Source: Camelus dromedarius
Taxonomy: Eukaryota
Direction of reading: 5' to 3'
NCBI RefSeq assembly: GCF_036321535.1
Contig: NC_087436.1
Coordinates: forward strand, 13,702,001 to 13,766,000
DNA length: 64,000 nt
Shown: positions 1 through 12,809 of the stretch, in pieces
Numbering within the stretch: position 1 is the first letter of the stretch
How the letters are laid out: every line of letters starts with the position of its first letter
Position numbers and translations under genes: made by a program
The notes under the pieces: generated by a model
Seen by the model: only the letters and a program-made list of their open reading frames with translations
Told to the model about the DNA's origin: nothing
Databases searched by the model: none

Positions 1-94
1 CACGGCCCCTTACTTGAGAAGACCCCCGATGGTCCCTACCTGCTTCAAGTCCTCTTCTTCCCTTTGCAGCCCAACTGCCCATGAAAGTACCAAT

Positions 95-305
95 GACAGC
101 AAGCACATTTATTGAGCACTTACAGTGTACCGGATGCTGCACCAAGCCCTTGACCATCCCACGTAATCCCACACACCCTGTGAATGCTATTACTATCACA
201 CTTCCACGCACAAGGACACAGACGTGTTGAGAGCTTGAACAACTTGCCAAAGCCCACTCAGTGGCCAGGTAGCTGAACGGGACCATGATGTGTGTTCAGA
301 GCCCC
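95..305 (-). mobile_element. MIR SINE, degenerate
   Basis: catttattgagcacttac ... aacttgccaaagcccactcag matches the reverse of the MIR core and tail. Confidence 0.6.
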
Positions 306-731
306 TCCTCTGCACTGCCTCCCACCCCGCTTCCCTCTGGCATCCTGCCCCTCCCGCAACCAGGACTGCTCTTGCTGAGGTCACCGAGGATAACAAGCTG
401 TGATGTTGAGGGCTGAGCTCAGTTAATCTCTCCACCAGCTACCCTCTCTTGAAGTGCCCTCCCTTGGTTTCTAGGAAATATAGTCCAGTCTTCCTCCCCG
501 CTCTGTGGCCGCTCCTGCCCTCCGTGAAGGTCCTCCCCTCTGCTCACCTATACCAGGTCACCCTCTCTTTCCAGCCAATCGCACTCACCCCCTAGGCTCA
601 CCCATCACCAAGAGAGTGATGCTTTCCTATACAAACATCTGGATTTTTTTGGCTGTCCAGCACGTTAGCTTTCTTACCACATTCACAGATTGCCCACGGT
701 CACCCCTTCTGGGTTGTGAAAAGATCAGTTA

Positions 732-952
732 CAAGTGACCCCTGAACACGGGCTAGGATTTTGCAGCTCCGCCCCTACATGGTGTAAAGTCTGTGCATAA
801 CTACAGTCCAGCCCTCGGGACGCCTGCCGCATCCGCGGTTCCCTACCCACGGATTCAACCAACTGCGGATCGTGTCGTCCATATTTACAGAAAAAAAATC
901 GCATTTAAGTGGACCCACGCAGCTCCAACCCGCGTTGCTGAAGGGTCCACTG
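732..952. mobile_element. Tigger2/MER8-like MITE (TcMar-Tigger)
   Basis: Degenerate terminal inverted repeats (TIRs) caagtgacccctgaaca ... tgctgaagggtccactg, flanked by TA at 730-731 and 953-954. The internal ggattcaaccaactgcggat motif is typical of the family. Confidence 0.75.
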
Positions 953-954
953 TA

Positions 955-1318
955 CCAGTTTTAGCAGCCTGGCCAGCACCCTAGCTGCAGGCGTATGACC
1001 CAGACTTAGCCTGATTCACTTGCCTGAGGCAGGGCACCAGGAGGTGATGCCACAAGGAGTGCCGGAGGTGGAGACTGGCTCTGAGGGTGATAACCACAGC
1101 CACCAGCAGCGGGGTGAGCGGCAGGGGTGGGAGTGTCCTTGGCAGCCTCCTTCCATGGCACGGTTTGGCTGTGGTTCTAGCTGCTAAGTCTCCTTTTGGC
1201 TTGTTTGTTTTCTGAGCCTGGTTCTTAAGTCTTCCTCGAGATTCTGTGCACTGCCCAACATCTTTTCAATAAATTCCTTTTCTGCTTAAATCAGCCAGAG
1301 TTGGTTTCTGTGGTCTGA
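955..1318 (+). mobile_element. ERVL LTR fragment (LTR33-like)
   Basis: Ends aataaattccttttctgcttaaatcagccagagttggtttctg, typical of an LTR33 3' end. Confidence 0.6.
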
Positions 1319-2254
1319 CTGATTCATTCCCCAAGCCTGTGTATCTGCGGCCTGGACGCCTCTGCTGAGCTTCAGACTTGTGTTTCCATCTGAACGCCGC
1401 CCGGCAGATGGTCCACGGGCACCTCCAGATGGAACCCAAGACGGAGCTGGGCATCGGACTTAGTCTCCCCATCAGCTCACAGCACTGTCTCCCCAGCCTG
1501 GTGAGTGACAGCCACCCTGTCCACCGGGAGCCCTGTTGAGACCCTGACTCTACCTTCTTTAGCTCCACGTGCAGCCGGTGCTGAGGGCTGTCCTGGGACC
1601 CCACACGCTGACACCACGCAAATCAGCTTCCACCTTCTAGTCTCACTAGCAGGACCTTACATTCAAAAGGCATTACATTTGCCCTTTAAAGAATATATTA
1701 TTACATTTACACATTTAATCACACCACAGTCCATACGTCATAAAGACCTCCTTTGGTTAAGTGGTTAAATAACCTTGTAAAAACCTATAAAAGAAAAGGC
1801 CAGTAATTAAGCTCATGTTTCCTAACACCCATCCAGCATTCTCTTTACTGCAATGCATGGCTTCTCATGGTTTAAAGATTTAACATCTTTTCCTAGACTC
1901 TGCTATATGTTAGAACAATTAAATATGATCTTGAAATCTGCAAAATACAAAATGCATTCCGCACCACCATTCACCTCTAGGGCAAGTCAGCATGAAACAG
2001 TAACTCAGTATCAGACATCTCTAGCGATATTCGTCTTGGCCAGATGCTGCCCATGGGAAAGAGGAAGCCAAAGCAGAAACTCACACAGACGACAAATGAA
2101 TGGGGGGACAGGGTATAAAGGCCTTTCCTCCCCAGTCATAGGCAGGCAAAGCAAGTTTGTGCAATACTGTAGCTATGTTTAGAAAAGCAATTTTGAGTTT
2201 CCAAAGTGCCCATATAAATTTAGATATTAGTTCTGTGAACATGAACAAGTTGGG

Positions 2255-2553
2255 TTTTTTTCAACTGAACTATAGAGCATTTACAATACTCCATCAGTTT
2301 CAGGTATACAGCAAAGTGATTCAGTTATACAGATACACGTGTGTGTGTGTATACGTATTTCTTCGGATTCTTTTCCATTATAGATTACTACAAGATTTGA
2401 AGAGCTCCCTGTGCTGTACAGGAAACCCTTGTTGTTTATTTTACACATGGTAGTGTGTATCTGTTAATCCCATGCTCCTGATTTATCCCTCTCCCACTCC
2501 TTTCCCCTTTCGTAATCATAACAGAAAAGGATTCACAGACACAGAGAACAAGC
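2255..2553 (-). mobile_element. L1 3' end with a short inverted 5' segment
   Basis: 2255-2521 is the reverse complement of the L1 3'UTR seen elsewhere in this window. 2522-2553 is the adjacent upstream L1 sequence in forward orientation. Confidence 0.8.
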
Positions 2554-3364
2554 TGTTTTCTAAAGATCATCTCTGACCTTTCAAGCAACTCTGCAGATAA
2601 ACATACTCGTACTGTAAGAGCAACAATGCCAAATCCCACTGACGTTCACTCTTTCTCTCTACCTGCATTAGACGTTACTGCAGCCAAGGCAGTTTGACCC
2701 AAGAATCCGAAGAAGAATGAGAGACCAGCTAACTTTCACGGGCGGACAGTCTCACCAGGACACAAAGTGGAACAAAGTCCGTAAGAGGGAAAGATGGTGT
2801 GGAGCCGGTTCAGAAAAGTTTTCTGAAAGAGGTGGCGCTGGAGTAGGGCCAACAGGCCGGAGATGCTGTCTTTAGGTAAAAATAGAGGAAGAAGTTCCAG
2901 ACAAGGGGAAAAGACAAATGAAGGCATATGGGCCGCAGGAAGGTTGGTAACATAAGAATGGAAGTACAAACGGTAATTTCTTGGAGTTTCTTGGTAGGAT
3001 GAAAGAATAATCCTATACAACTTCCTGGCCCAGAGCAACATGTTAATTCAAACACAATGAACTGACTGATGTTTTAATCCCAATGTGAGCAAGTATATCG
3101 AAACACTCTTCAGGCAATTACAAAGAATATTAGCAATACTGTTGGAAAAAAATCTAATGAAAAATGCCTAAGCTTTTTAACTGTCCCTCGAAGGCCAGCC
3201 TCGTGCCCCACTGGCTGCGGGGCCTGAAGCCTGGGCGGGCTGGGAAGAACACAGTGGCTGCTAGCCTTGCACGACAGCGACTCGTGTGTCTGGGGCTCTC
3301 CTGCTCCTCGGACTCCCTGGACAACATGTCACTATTCAACAAGCTCAAGTCTTCTCCCTTTAAA

Positions 3365-4122
3365 TGTAGTTTGGTGCAGTCTTTATGGAAAACAGTATGG
3401 AGATTCCTAAAAAACTAAACATAGACTTACCCTATGATCCAGCAATCCCACTCCTGGGCATATATCCAGAGGAAACTCTAATTTGAAAAGATGTATGCAC
3501 CCCAGTGTTCGTAACAGCACTATATACAATAGCCAAGACATGGAAACAACCTAAAGTCCATCAACAGATGACTGGATAAAGAAGCTGTGGTATATTTATA
3601 CAATGGAATACTACTCAGACATAAAAAAGAATAAAATAATGCCATTTGTGACAACATGGATGGACCTGAAAATCGTCATTCTAAGAGAAGTAAGCCAGAA
3701 AGAGAAAGAAAAATAACCCTATGATATTACTTATATGTGGAATCTTTAAAAAGGACACAAATGAACTTATCTACAAAACAGAAACCGACTCAAAGACATA
3801 GAAAACAAATATGTGATTACCAGGGTGGTGGAGCGGTAGAGGGAGGTGGGAAGGGATAAATTGGGAGACCAAGATTTGCAGATACTAACTATGATAGATA
3901 GATAAACAACAAGGTTTTACTGTAGAGCACAAGGAACTATATTCAATATCTTGCAGTAACCTATAATGAAAAAAGAATGTGAAAACAAATATATGTATGT
4001 ATATGTATAACTGAAACTTTATGCTGTACAGCAGAAATTGACACAACATTGTAAACTGACTACACTTCAATTAAAAAATGCAACTTTAAGAATAAAGACA
4101 TTATCTCATAAAAACATTTTTT
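3365..4122 (+). mobile_element. 5'-truncated L1 (ORF2 C-terminus and 3'UTR)
   Basis: Encodes SLWKTVWRFLK plus the tatgatccagcaatcccactcctggg motif. TSD aagtcttctccctttaaa (3347-3364) / aagtcttctctctttaaa (4369-4386). Confidence 0.92.
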
Positions 4123-4136
4123 AAAAAAGTCTTCTC

Positions 4137-4245
4137 AAAAATGTGACAATGAATATATATATGTTCATGTATAACTGAAAAATTGTGCTCTACACTGGAA
4201 TTTGATACAACATTGTAAAATGATTACAAATCAATAAAAAATGTT

Positions 4246-4276
<31 letters not shown>

Positions 4277-4364
4277 TAGAAACTGCTCCTTAAGCCTGAC
4301 CTGGCACTAAATACTAAAACTTCTATAGATTGTTAGCAGTAAAAATGCCAAATGAAAAAAAAAA
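4137..4364 (+). mobile_element. Young L1 3' tail with a putative 3'-transduced segment and second poly(A)
   Basis: L1 tail to AATAAA and a long A-run, then ~80 bp of non-L1 sequence, then A16. Perfect TSD aaaaaagtcttctc at 4123-4136 and 4365-4378. Confidence 0.85.
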
Positions 4365-4764
4365 AAAAAAGTCTTCTCTCTTTAAAAGAAAAAAACAATT
4401 TACCTTCTGGATGTAAGCTAAAAAAAAAAAAAAAAAAGTAGAAGAAGCTCTTCTTAGTTGGTCCATCAGGCTGTCCACTTAACACACGAGCAGATACTCC
4501 ATACTTGCCCAAAGAGCCAAGCTCACGGCTTATGGGATATAATCCCACTGTCAGAATGGCTTCAACGCTGATTCTTCTCGTATGAAACCCGAGGCTTCCT
4601 GACACTGGAGAAATCATCCCGAGTGTGCCCAGAAAAACAAGTACTCCTTAACACAAGGCAGAAGGGCTGGGTTTTCTCCCAGGGATGGAGGAGATGTGTT
4701 GTGTCAAAAGCAATTTTCCCTTGAGAAATACGGTTTCATGCTTTCTTTCCCAGGGTTCTGTGAC

Positions 4765-5169
4765 AAAGACTGTTCTTCGGCACTTAATAAACCTTCTCTC
4801 TATCTTCTGTATAATTTTTAGCTGGGCACATATCCCAGGAGCCCCTGCAGCTGGGAATGGTCCCGGAACCAGGTTCCAGCAAACGAGGTGTAAGTGGAAG
4901 GTTCGAGTGGAGGCTGCCAGGAAGCCTCTGGCCCTTTCCTGCACTCCTTCCTCCCATCTGTTGCTGTTAATCCCATGTATCCACCCTGAGTGCCAGGCCT
5001 GGTACCCTAGGGGAAGGAACACGGGGAGCTGGAGGGAGTGGGTTCCCTGAAGACTTCCTGGAGCCAGAGGTGTCATATGAGAGAGAGAAAGAAAAAAAAA
5101 CTCTATCATGTTTTAAATCACTGGTATTTTGTAACTCCGTTCCCTCAAAACTTAAGACTAACTGAAACA
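4765..5169 (+). mobile_element. MaLR LTR (MLT1-type), old
   Basis: MLT1-like body and 3' end ...tttaaatcactgg...gactaactgaaaca. Confidence 0.5.
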
Positions 5170-7345
5170 GCTCTCACCCATTTCAAACACCAGAAACTGC
5201 CAGTGACCACTGCCCAACAGAACCCACACTACACAACGGCGCCATCCCCCAGCCTCTGCCAACTCCGGGTAGGTGAGTTCCAGCACCACCAGCCTTTCCT
5301 GTGGTCCAGAACCAGAGCTCCCCAATAAATCAGAAGGCTAAGTGGTGAAAGCAATAAAAGGAACCCAAACCTGACAGTAAGACAAAGAAAACTGCTGAGT
5401 AAAGAAAGGCTGGTCCTGCTGCCCGACACTGGGGAAAGCCACCGATTGTGCTGGTGGCCTGTGGTGGCTTTGGTCACAGGCTGGTGCCAAGTGAGAAATG
5501 TCCTCAGATCTGGGCACACAAAAACTACCTTCTCGTTCAGAACCTAGCATCCTGTCCTGCCTCATAACCTCACAGGCAGGGACCTGTCCCACCCAGGGAC
5601 CCCAAGGACCTTTGTCACACACTTCAGGGAACCCAGACCACGTGACCACAGCAGAACACCAAAAGATGCTGGAAGGAACACAAAGGTGACTGTCCCCACT
5701 TCTAGGAATAAAGTCCCAGAAGGGGCCTTGCCAGTCAGAGCCTAACACCATCCCCACTGCAGAGAGGGCGCGGGGAGTGAAAGTTATTCTACTCTTTAAA
5801 GACTGCTGCAGCTTCCTCAGTCATTGACACACACTAGCTCCCACCCCGGGGGTGGCTGGCGGGAACCCTGCATTAGAAAACGCCCGTCTCCCTGCTCTAC
5901 CCAAAGTTCTTCCACACCGTGATGAAGTGCAGAGTTTCTGCAAAATCAGAAGGGGAAAAAGGGGGCCAGACTGGGTCCAGCTTCCTAGTCAGTCTCGGGG
6001 GAAAGGAGTCCAAGGATGATAAGAGGGTTATAGCAGTGAAAGAAAGAAATCTGCTGGAGTCCCAGGGCCTAGAGTCACTCACTGGGTCCCCATCAGAGAA
6101 CAATACACAAAGGTAGTCTCAACGAGCCAGATGAATGCTTGAGATCATCTAATGTCCATGTAACCAGAATTTCTGTTTACTGTAAAATTAAGATAACACC
6201 CCCTGGGTCCACTGTGAGGAGATTAAATGAAATTTGGATGTAAAGAGCTTTGCAAAGAGCAGGGGGAGGTGGGGGCAGGGAACGTGTCAGTTCTAGGCCA
6301 GCATCAAAGCAAAATAGTAAAGATTCACGTTCAATAGGAAAGACTACAGAAGCAAATCGGGACAAGGCTGAAGAATCTTTCAGAATTTCATTTATTGGGG
6401 AGGGCGGTAGAGCTGGGGAGGTGGGCAGAATGGCTCCAACCTACTTCAAGGGAGCGCCAGCTCCAGGTGCACCCCACTTGAAAGAGTAGCAGGCGCCTCC
6501 CTTTCAATCCAGCCCAGAGAATTTAATTGTTCTTAATTATACAGACGCCACTCATATGCAAATAGTGCATGAAGAGTCTTCCTTTTAAATTGTAATTTCT
6601 CTTTCAAAGCCTTGAGGCACTGAAATGTAATCACTGAAGATGTCACGGAAGAAAGAATGGCCCCGAGGTCACTAGGGCCCAGGACAGAGGCCCCTGGGCA
6701 CAGGCCCGCCCTCCCTTTGTGCGGCCCTGCAGGCTGGTTCCCCTCCCACCGGCCAGGCCAGCCCGGGTCTTGCTCGTCCAGCACTTCGCTCTCTCCTTCC
6801 CGCATTCTCAGACCAAGTGTGAAGCCGGCCCCGGCTCCAGGGCCCAGCAGAGCAGGGAGGGCAAGGCAAGGGTCAGGTTTTATCAGTGAACAGCGATTGC
6901 AAAACAAGTAGAGCTCTCCAGTAAAGACCGAGTTGTGAAGATAATAATAGCAACGTGGCGGGGAAAGCTGCCAACAAGTAAATACAGGGAAACAAGACGG
7001 GCATGTGCAGCGCGATGACAACTAAAAACACACAGAGGAAAGCGAGGAGGCAATTACCAAAACACGGACCGGCAATGTTAGGAGCGGGGTCGGGGGGGGG
7101 GGGGGGGGGACGGGGACGGGTAACGCTTCCCTCCACCCTGCTGCCGATTTTCTGAAACTGTCTAGTGGTTCAATATCTTTGAAAATATTAACACTTTTCA
7201 GAGGTATGTGCCTTCAGAAAACTCAAGAGTAAGAGGAAGGTACATTCATCTTACATACAACTTGTAATTATTTCTTTTGATTGATTCAAGTAACACATTT
7301 CCACATTTATAAGTTATTTAAAAGGTAACAAAAGTTCCAATTCCC

Positions 7346-7963
7346 TACTACTCCTCAAGGTAAAAGAATGGAATCATGCCATTTGCAGCAACGTGGATGG
7401 ACATGGAGATGATCATACTAAGTGAAGTAAACCAGACAGAGAAAAACAAATATCATATAATATCCCTTATATGTGGAACCTAAAAAAAATGATACAAATG
7501 AACCTATTTATAAAACAGAAACAGACTCACAAACATAGAAAACAAACTTCTGGTTACCAAAGGGGAAGAGGGGAAGGGATAACTTAGGAGTTTGGGATTA
7601 GCAGATACAAACTATTATACATAAAATAAATAAACAATAATTTTCTACTGTATAGCACAAGAAACTGAAGTCAATATCTTCCATAACCTATAATGAAAAA
7701 GAATATGAAAAATAATACATATATGGGGGAGGGTATAGCTCAGTGGTAAAGTGTGTGCTTTGTATGCACAAGGTCCTGGGTTCAATCCCCTGTACCTCCT
7801 TTAAAAATTTTTTTAGACAACTAAATAAAATGAAATAAATAAATTCTCTCTCCCCTCCGCCAAAAAAAGGAAAAAAATTTAAGACTATATATATGTATAC
7901 CTGAATCGCTGTACACCAGAAACTAACACAACATTATAAATAACTATACTTCAATTTTTTTTT
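7346..7963 (+). mobile_element. 5'-truncated L1 interrupted by a SINE
   Basis: atgccatttgcagcaacgtggatgg ... tatacttcaat. Degenerate TSD aaagttccaattccc / aaattttcaattccc. Confidence 0.9.
7725..7882 (+). mobile_element. tRNA-derived camelid SINE (vic-1-like)
   Basis: ggggagggtatagctcagtggt (A box) ... gggttcaatcccc (B box), AT-rich and C-rich linker, A tail; inserted in an L1. Confidence 0.9.
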
Positions 7964-7999
7964 AAATTTTCAATTCCCAAACACTTCTTGTTACTTTGC

Positions 8000-9265
8000 T
8001 CCACTTCCCTGACTCTCTGGGCTCCTCCTCCCCCACCTCTCTCCACAGAGACCCCTGGGCTCCATCCAGCCCCAGGCTTCCTCCTTTCCCATCTACAACC
8101 GTTCACTCACTGATCTGATACAGTCTTCAAATCCCACATCTTGGGCCCAGCCCTCTCTCCAATTCCAGCACTCCTACAGGTCTACTGGGAAGTCTAGAAG
8201 ACATTCAAAAACTAAGTTTAAAACAAAACTCTTCCCCTTACCCCACCTTACTCTTCACCTTCAGCTGCTGAAGCCAACACCCTTGGAATCATCCTTGACT
8301 GCTCTCTGCCTTGCACTCCACATCAGTCTACTGGGGAGCTTGGGAGCTCTGCATTCAAAACATATCCAGGCCCTCACCACCTTCCCCACCTCCGCCCTGG
8401 CCCGGGTACCAGCATCTCTCCGTCTGTTGACTACTGACTGCAGTGGCCTCACGTGGTTTCCTCACAGTTTAGGTCGACACCAGCCAGGATGGCCTGCCTG
8501 AACCTAACTCAGACCACATCACTGCTGTGCTGAGACTCCACTATAACTCCCCATTTCACAGGTCTCACATGAACCCCACAGCACACTCTCCCCAGTGACC
8601 GCACCACCTTCAGTCCCCTCCCCTCCCTGGGACACAGTTGGTCAGCTCCCGCTGCTCTGAACACTCCAGGCATTAATTCCCTCTTTAAAGGCTTCTGCAC
8701 TTACTGTTTAGTCTGGAACATTCTTCTCCCACGGTGAACTCCCTCACCTCCTCCAAATCTTTGTAAAATCTCACTCTTTGAACGAGCCTAGACACCCCGT
8801 CTGCTTAGAATGACAGCCCCCAGCCCACAATCCTCACCCTCTTTTTCCTTGCCCCATTTTTCAACTTTCTCCATTCGACGTAACACCTTCAAACATCCAA
8901 AAATGTAGGGGGGTTTTTTTTGCGCTTTTTTTTAAATAGAGTTTATTCTTTTAGAGCAGTTTCAGGTTCACAACAAAATTGAGCAGAAAATTCCTTTCTG
9001 TGAACTCTGTTCCCACAGAGTTCCCACATAGCCCTCCCCACCCACCCATATATACTCCCCTACCCTCAACATCCCTCATCAGTGTGGCATATTTGGTCCA
9101 AAACTGTAGTTGTTTATTATACTGAGGTTTGCTGTCTCTTTCTCATATTTTATTAGATTATAAGCCCCACTGGGACAGGGATTTTGGTCTCGTGTGCCAA
9201 TTTTGTGTGCCAACGTGTCCCAAGCATTTAGAGAACAGTGGCTCAATACGATTTGCTGAATAGGA
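8000..9265 (+). mobile_element. L2 3' region with a nested old L1 tail (~8925-9085, minus strand)
   Basis: L2a-like motifs (atcatccttgactgctctct, ctggaacattcttctccc, ttagattataagcccc, ggctcaatacgatttgctgaa). ttttagagcagtttcaggttcacaacaaaattgagc is an L1MC/MD-type 3' end. Confidence 0.7.
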
Positions 9266-10439
9266 GAAAAACTTCTCAACTAGCGTCACGGATGTATAAA
9301 ATCACAATTCAGGCCTCAGAATATCTTTTCAGTTATTGAGTATAAAGTCAGCCTCACCATAATATATCAGAAACCACAGGAAATGTCATGGAAAAAGGTT
9401 TCCCAAGTTTCAATATAAATCTTTACCAAATCTAATTTTTTTTAAAAAAGGGGTCACAAACAATGTATAGAACAGTTTTAAAAACCAATGTCCGGTTAAG
9501 TTATATTTTTTATTCACCTTAGAAAAAGTCAGGTCTAGTCATGTCAAGGGTATAGAGTGACTTGCTAAATTGCAAATGCTGTAGTTGTTTAAAACATGCT
9601 GAGAAAACTAAGAAATTAAAAAACAGAGAGGCTATTGAGTCTACTGAGAAAAATACGGCACTGAAACGTGTGGATAAAGTAAGTTAGAGCCATAAGAAGA
9701 GACCCTGTCTGCTGCCGCCTGCCTGGGGAGGGTCTTTCTTTGGAAAGCAGCCCCCAGGCCCGAGCCGGTTCAAATCCTCTGACCGACCACCCCAATCAGC
9801 AGCATCTGTTACTGCAACATGCCTGAGATGGTTCAACTGCTTGAATGTGTGGATTCACGATTCCAGAATGAAGAAATAAGTCAAAATCTGTAATATTTAC
9901 AAACGGCAGGTACCCAAAAACAGGCAGCTCAGGTGAGGTCCGGCACCTGATGACCTCGCTCCTGCTCCCTGAACTGCATCCCGGGTTCAAGCACCAGTGG
10001 GAGCAGACTGTCCCCCACTCCCACCCCCAGTCCCCCCGCTATCTTGAGGGTGAATGTCACCAACACGGGGATAAAAGATCTAAGGGATGGAGAGAGAATC
10101 CCTGACTCCGCTTCCTCCTGAAGCCGACAGCCCTCCTTCTTCCAGGTCATGTGAACTGATCAATTCCTTTCCACTGGAATCTATCACTCAAAGCTGAAAA
10201 GGTTCCAACCAGTAGTTAGATGAACCTGGTCACTAAAACCTAATTCATGAGCTTGGGTCCAAAAATTAGGAAAGCTGGTAACCCTTGGAACATGAAAATA
10301 CATCTGATGTCTGAAAACAAACGCTTTCTGAGAAATAGGATGATTCTGCAACAGGCTTCAGGAGGAAGCATCCCCACCAAGAAAAAAAAAGTGTCCCTTA
10401 AAAAGTATAAACTAGATTTTCTTCGTAAAAGAACCACAG

Positions 10440-10610
10440 CTTCTTTCAGGAGGGACAGAAAGGCTCTAAAATTAGATGGTGGTGATCCTGCACAACCTGG
10501 CAGATACACTAAGAAACACCGAACTGCAGACTTTACATGGGTGAATTACATGGTATCCGTATTATATCTCATAAAGCTGATTTTTTTAGAAAAAAAAAAA
10601 AAAAAAAAAA
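10440..10610 (+). mobile_element. Old L1 (L1MB/ME-type) 3' tail
   Basis: ctaaaattagatggtggtgat ... ttatatctcataaagctg followed by an A-run. Confidence 0.75.
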
Positions 10611-11829
10611 GGCAAGTACACATGCCAGCCTCCTAATTCACTCTGTCAGGATGCAGTGCAGGAAAGGGAAGAGGGGGCTGTCTCTACAGATGCGTCTTCT
10701 CAGACATGTCCCCACAGAAGCCCTCCAGGCTCGTTTCCTTTCTGTGCACACAGACCCCTCGTATGCATAATGAAAATGCCGTGTGCAGATGCCCTTGCCG
10801 AGCGCGGGCTGCATCCCTGTCATTATGCAGCACTCTGTAATAAGCTGCAGTTAATTCCTGCCTGTTATCCAAGTGCAAAATCACTCCGCCTCATTTCAAG
10901 CAGCCTGGCAGCTGCAGGGGAAGGAAGGCCTGGCCCTCAGTGGAGCCCCACTTGACAGATAACCCCTGCTGCTACGAGGACTCCAAACATCCAGGGCGAA
11001 ATCCATTTCCATTAAGGAGGCGCCCTTTGACTTCATGCGTTAGACTGGTATGTACCTTCCGAAAGGTACAAAAGCACGAGAAGGGCAGAAATCAGAACTG
11101 GGATTGTGGGCTTTTGTTTGGGGCTTAATTTTTTTTAGATGGAGGAGATCAAATAAGAGCGACACAAGTGCTGACACCAAGACAGGTCCTCCCACTGCCA
11201 TCAATCTCCACGGACGCGTGAGCCCTGATCCTTAAACCACGGGCCTGCAGCGCGCAATGAACTTCAGTCCTGCTCAATGATTCTGAACTCTCCGGTTCTC
11301 CAAATAACCCCTTGACCTCTCTTCTGAGGAGGCATTTCCGTATTTCAAACAGCCCCCATTGTGGCTTCCCTTTAACTATAAACAGAGATAAGAAACTACA
11401 CTAACAGTACTTTACACGATGAAAGCGGGGACGACACTGTGACATGCCACAGTTATACAATAAAGCGCCGGATATCAAGTATTCAGTTAAATTTTTAACT
11501 CTCATTACAGACAACGCAATTTTCATTCTATACTCAGTAACACTTTCCAAATATATTCCTTTCCTCTAGTAATAACAAAAGAGGGAAACCCCTGTACACT
11601 GCACACTAGAAATACTGCCACATACTGGCAGCAGTTATAGAATTAATCCCTTTAAATCCAAGAAAAGGTAAATCCCCCAGCAGTGGAATTTTTAAATGTA
11701 TGGCTCCTAACATTTCCTCCCTTTTAAAAAGAATCATGAGCATCAGCTCCTAGAGTCAAGAAATGATTCAGTCCCTTGGTATCCAGTCTGGCCACTTCTT
11801 AGGGACAACCAGGGGCAGCTTTTTAAAAC

Positions 11830-11960
11830 TATAGCTCAAGTGATAGAGCACATGCTCAGCATGCATGAGGTCCTGGGTTCAATCCCCAGTACTTCCTCTA
11901 AAAATAAAGAAACCTAATTACTACCCCCCCCCAAAAAAGAACTTAAACAAATTTTAAAAA
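11830..11960 (+). mobile_element. vic-1-like SINE lacking its first bases, inserted in a MER5-like element
   Basis: tatagctcaagtgatagagcacatgctcagcatgcatgaggtcctgggttcaatccccagtac; flanks resemble MER5A. Confidence 0.85.
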
Positions 11961-12194
11961 GCTACGGATCCAGGGCTCCACCAGTTCCTCCTGAATTAGA
12001 ATTTCTGGGGACAGAGCCTGGAAATCTGTGTTTGGGAATAACTCCCTCAAGCAACCCCACCACCCCTGCACCCATCAGGGCAGTAGGAGTGTGTGCATCC
12101 AGGGACCACAGATCCATCGATCCATCTATCTGCATTCACTCCGGGACCCTCCCAGTGATAACATGTTTCCAGTGCAGCTCATTCCCATTATAAA

Positions 12195-12350
12195 ATGCTT
12201 CAGTCCCAGCAAGGGTCAGGCTGCAGGGAACAGGCTAGCTGCTTTCAGCAGAAAGGGATTTTAATACAGGGAACTAGGTGCTTATGAGACCACTGAGAGG
12301 GTTCAAGGGGGCAGGCTTGGTGCTGGGCCTCCAGGAAGGAGCCCCAGAGC
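12195..12350 (-). mobile_element. MaLR (MLT1-type) LTR fragment
   Basis: ttcagcagaaagggattttaatacaggg resembles a reversed MLT1 3' end. Confidence 0.4.
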
Positions 12351-12809
12351 AACAGGGAACCGCCCCCCTCATCCCTCCTCAGGAGGCTGCCCTAGGCCCA
12401 CGCAGCCAGGGGCGCCCTGTGGGCTGAGACCCCAGGACCCGCACACTGCCTCGGCCAGCACCGCCTGCCCTGCGCCAGCCAGCCACAGAGTCCCATGGCG
12501 GGAAGACCCACTCACTCCTTCGTGATCCAGAGGTTGAACTTCCGTGAGTTAAACGTGCTTCTGAAACGGCTGCACCGAACAGTAGTCACCAAAACCGTGT
12601 CCAGCAGGCCAGCCTACTGTGATGAGAGGCCCTCGCCTCTGACACACCCATGTGGCGTTCGCCCCCAAGCAGTCAAACCCCTCCGGTCTCCCTCCCCCAC
12701 TGGCCTCTCTACTCTGCATTTCCCCTTCCTGTGGGGACCATGCTCATTCAGATACCTTTTGAATTTCTTCTTTGATTCAGCTCAAAATGCAGTCTGTCAA
12801 GATCTTTTA

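Noticed and set aside
5885..5965. Strong minus-strand acceptor (cttctgattttgcag) with open reading
   Set aside because: The nearest donor (GTAGAG) is weak and no frame resembles the next TMEM131L exon.
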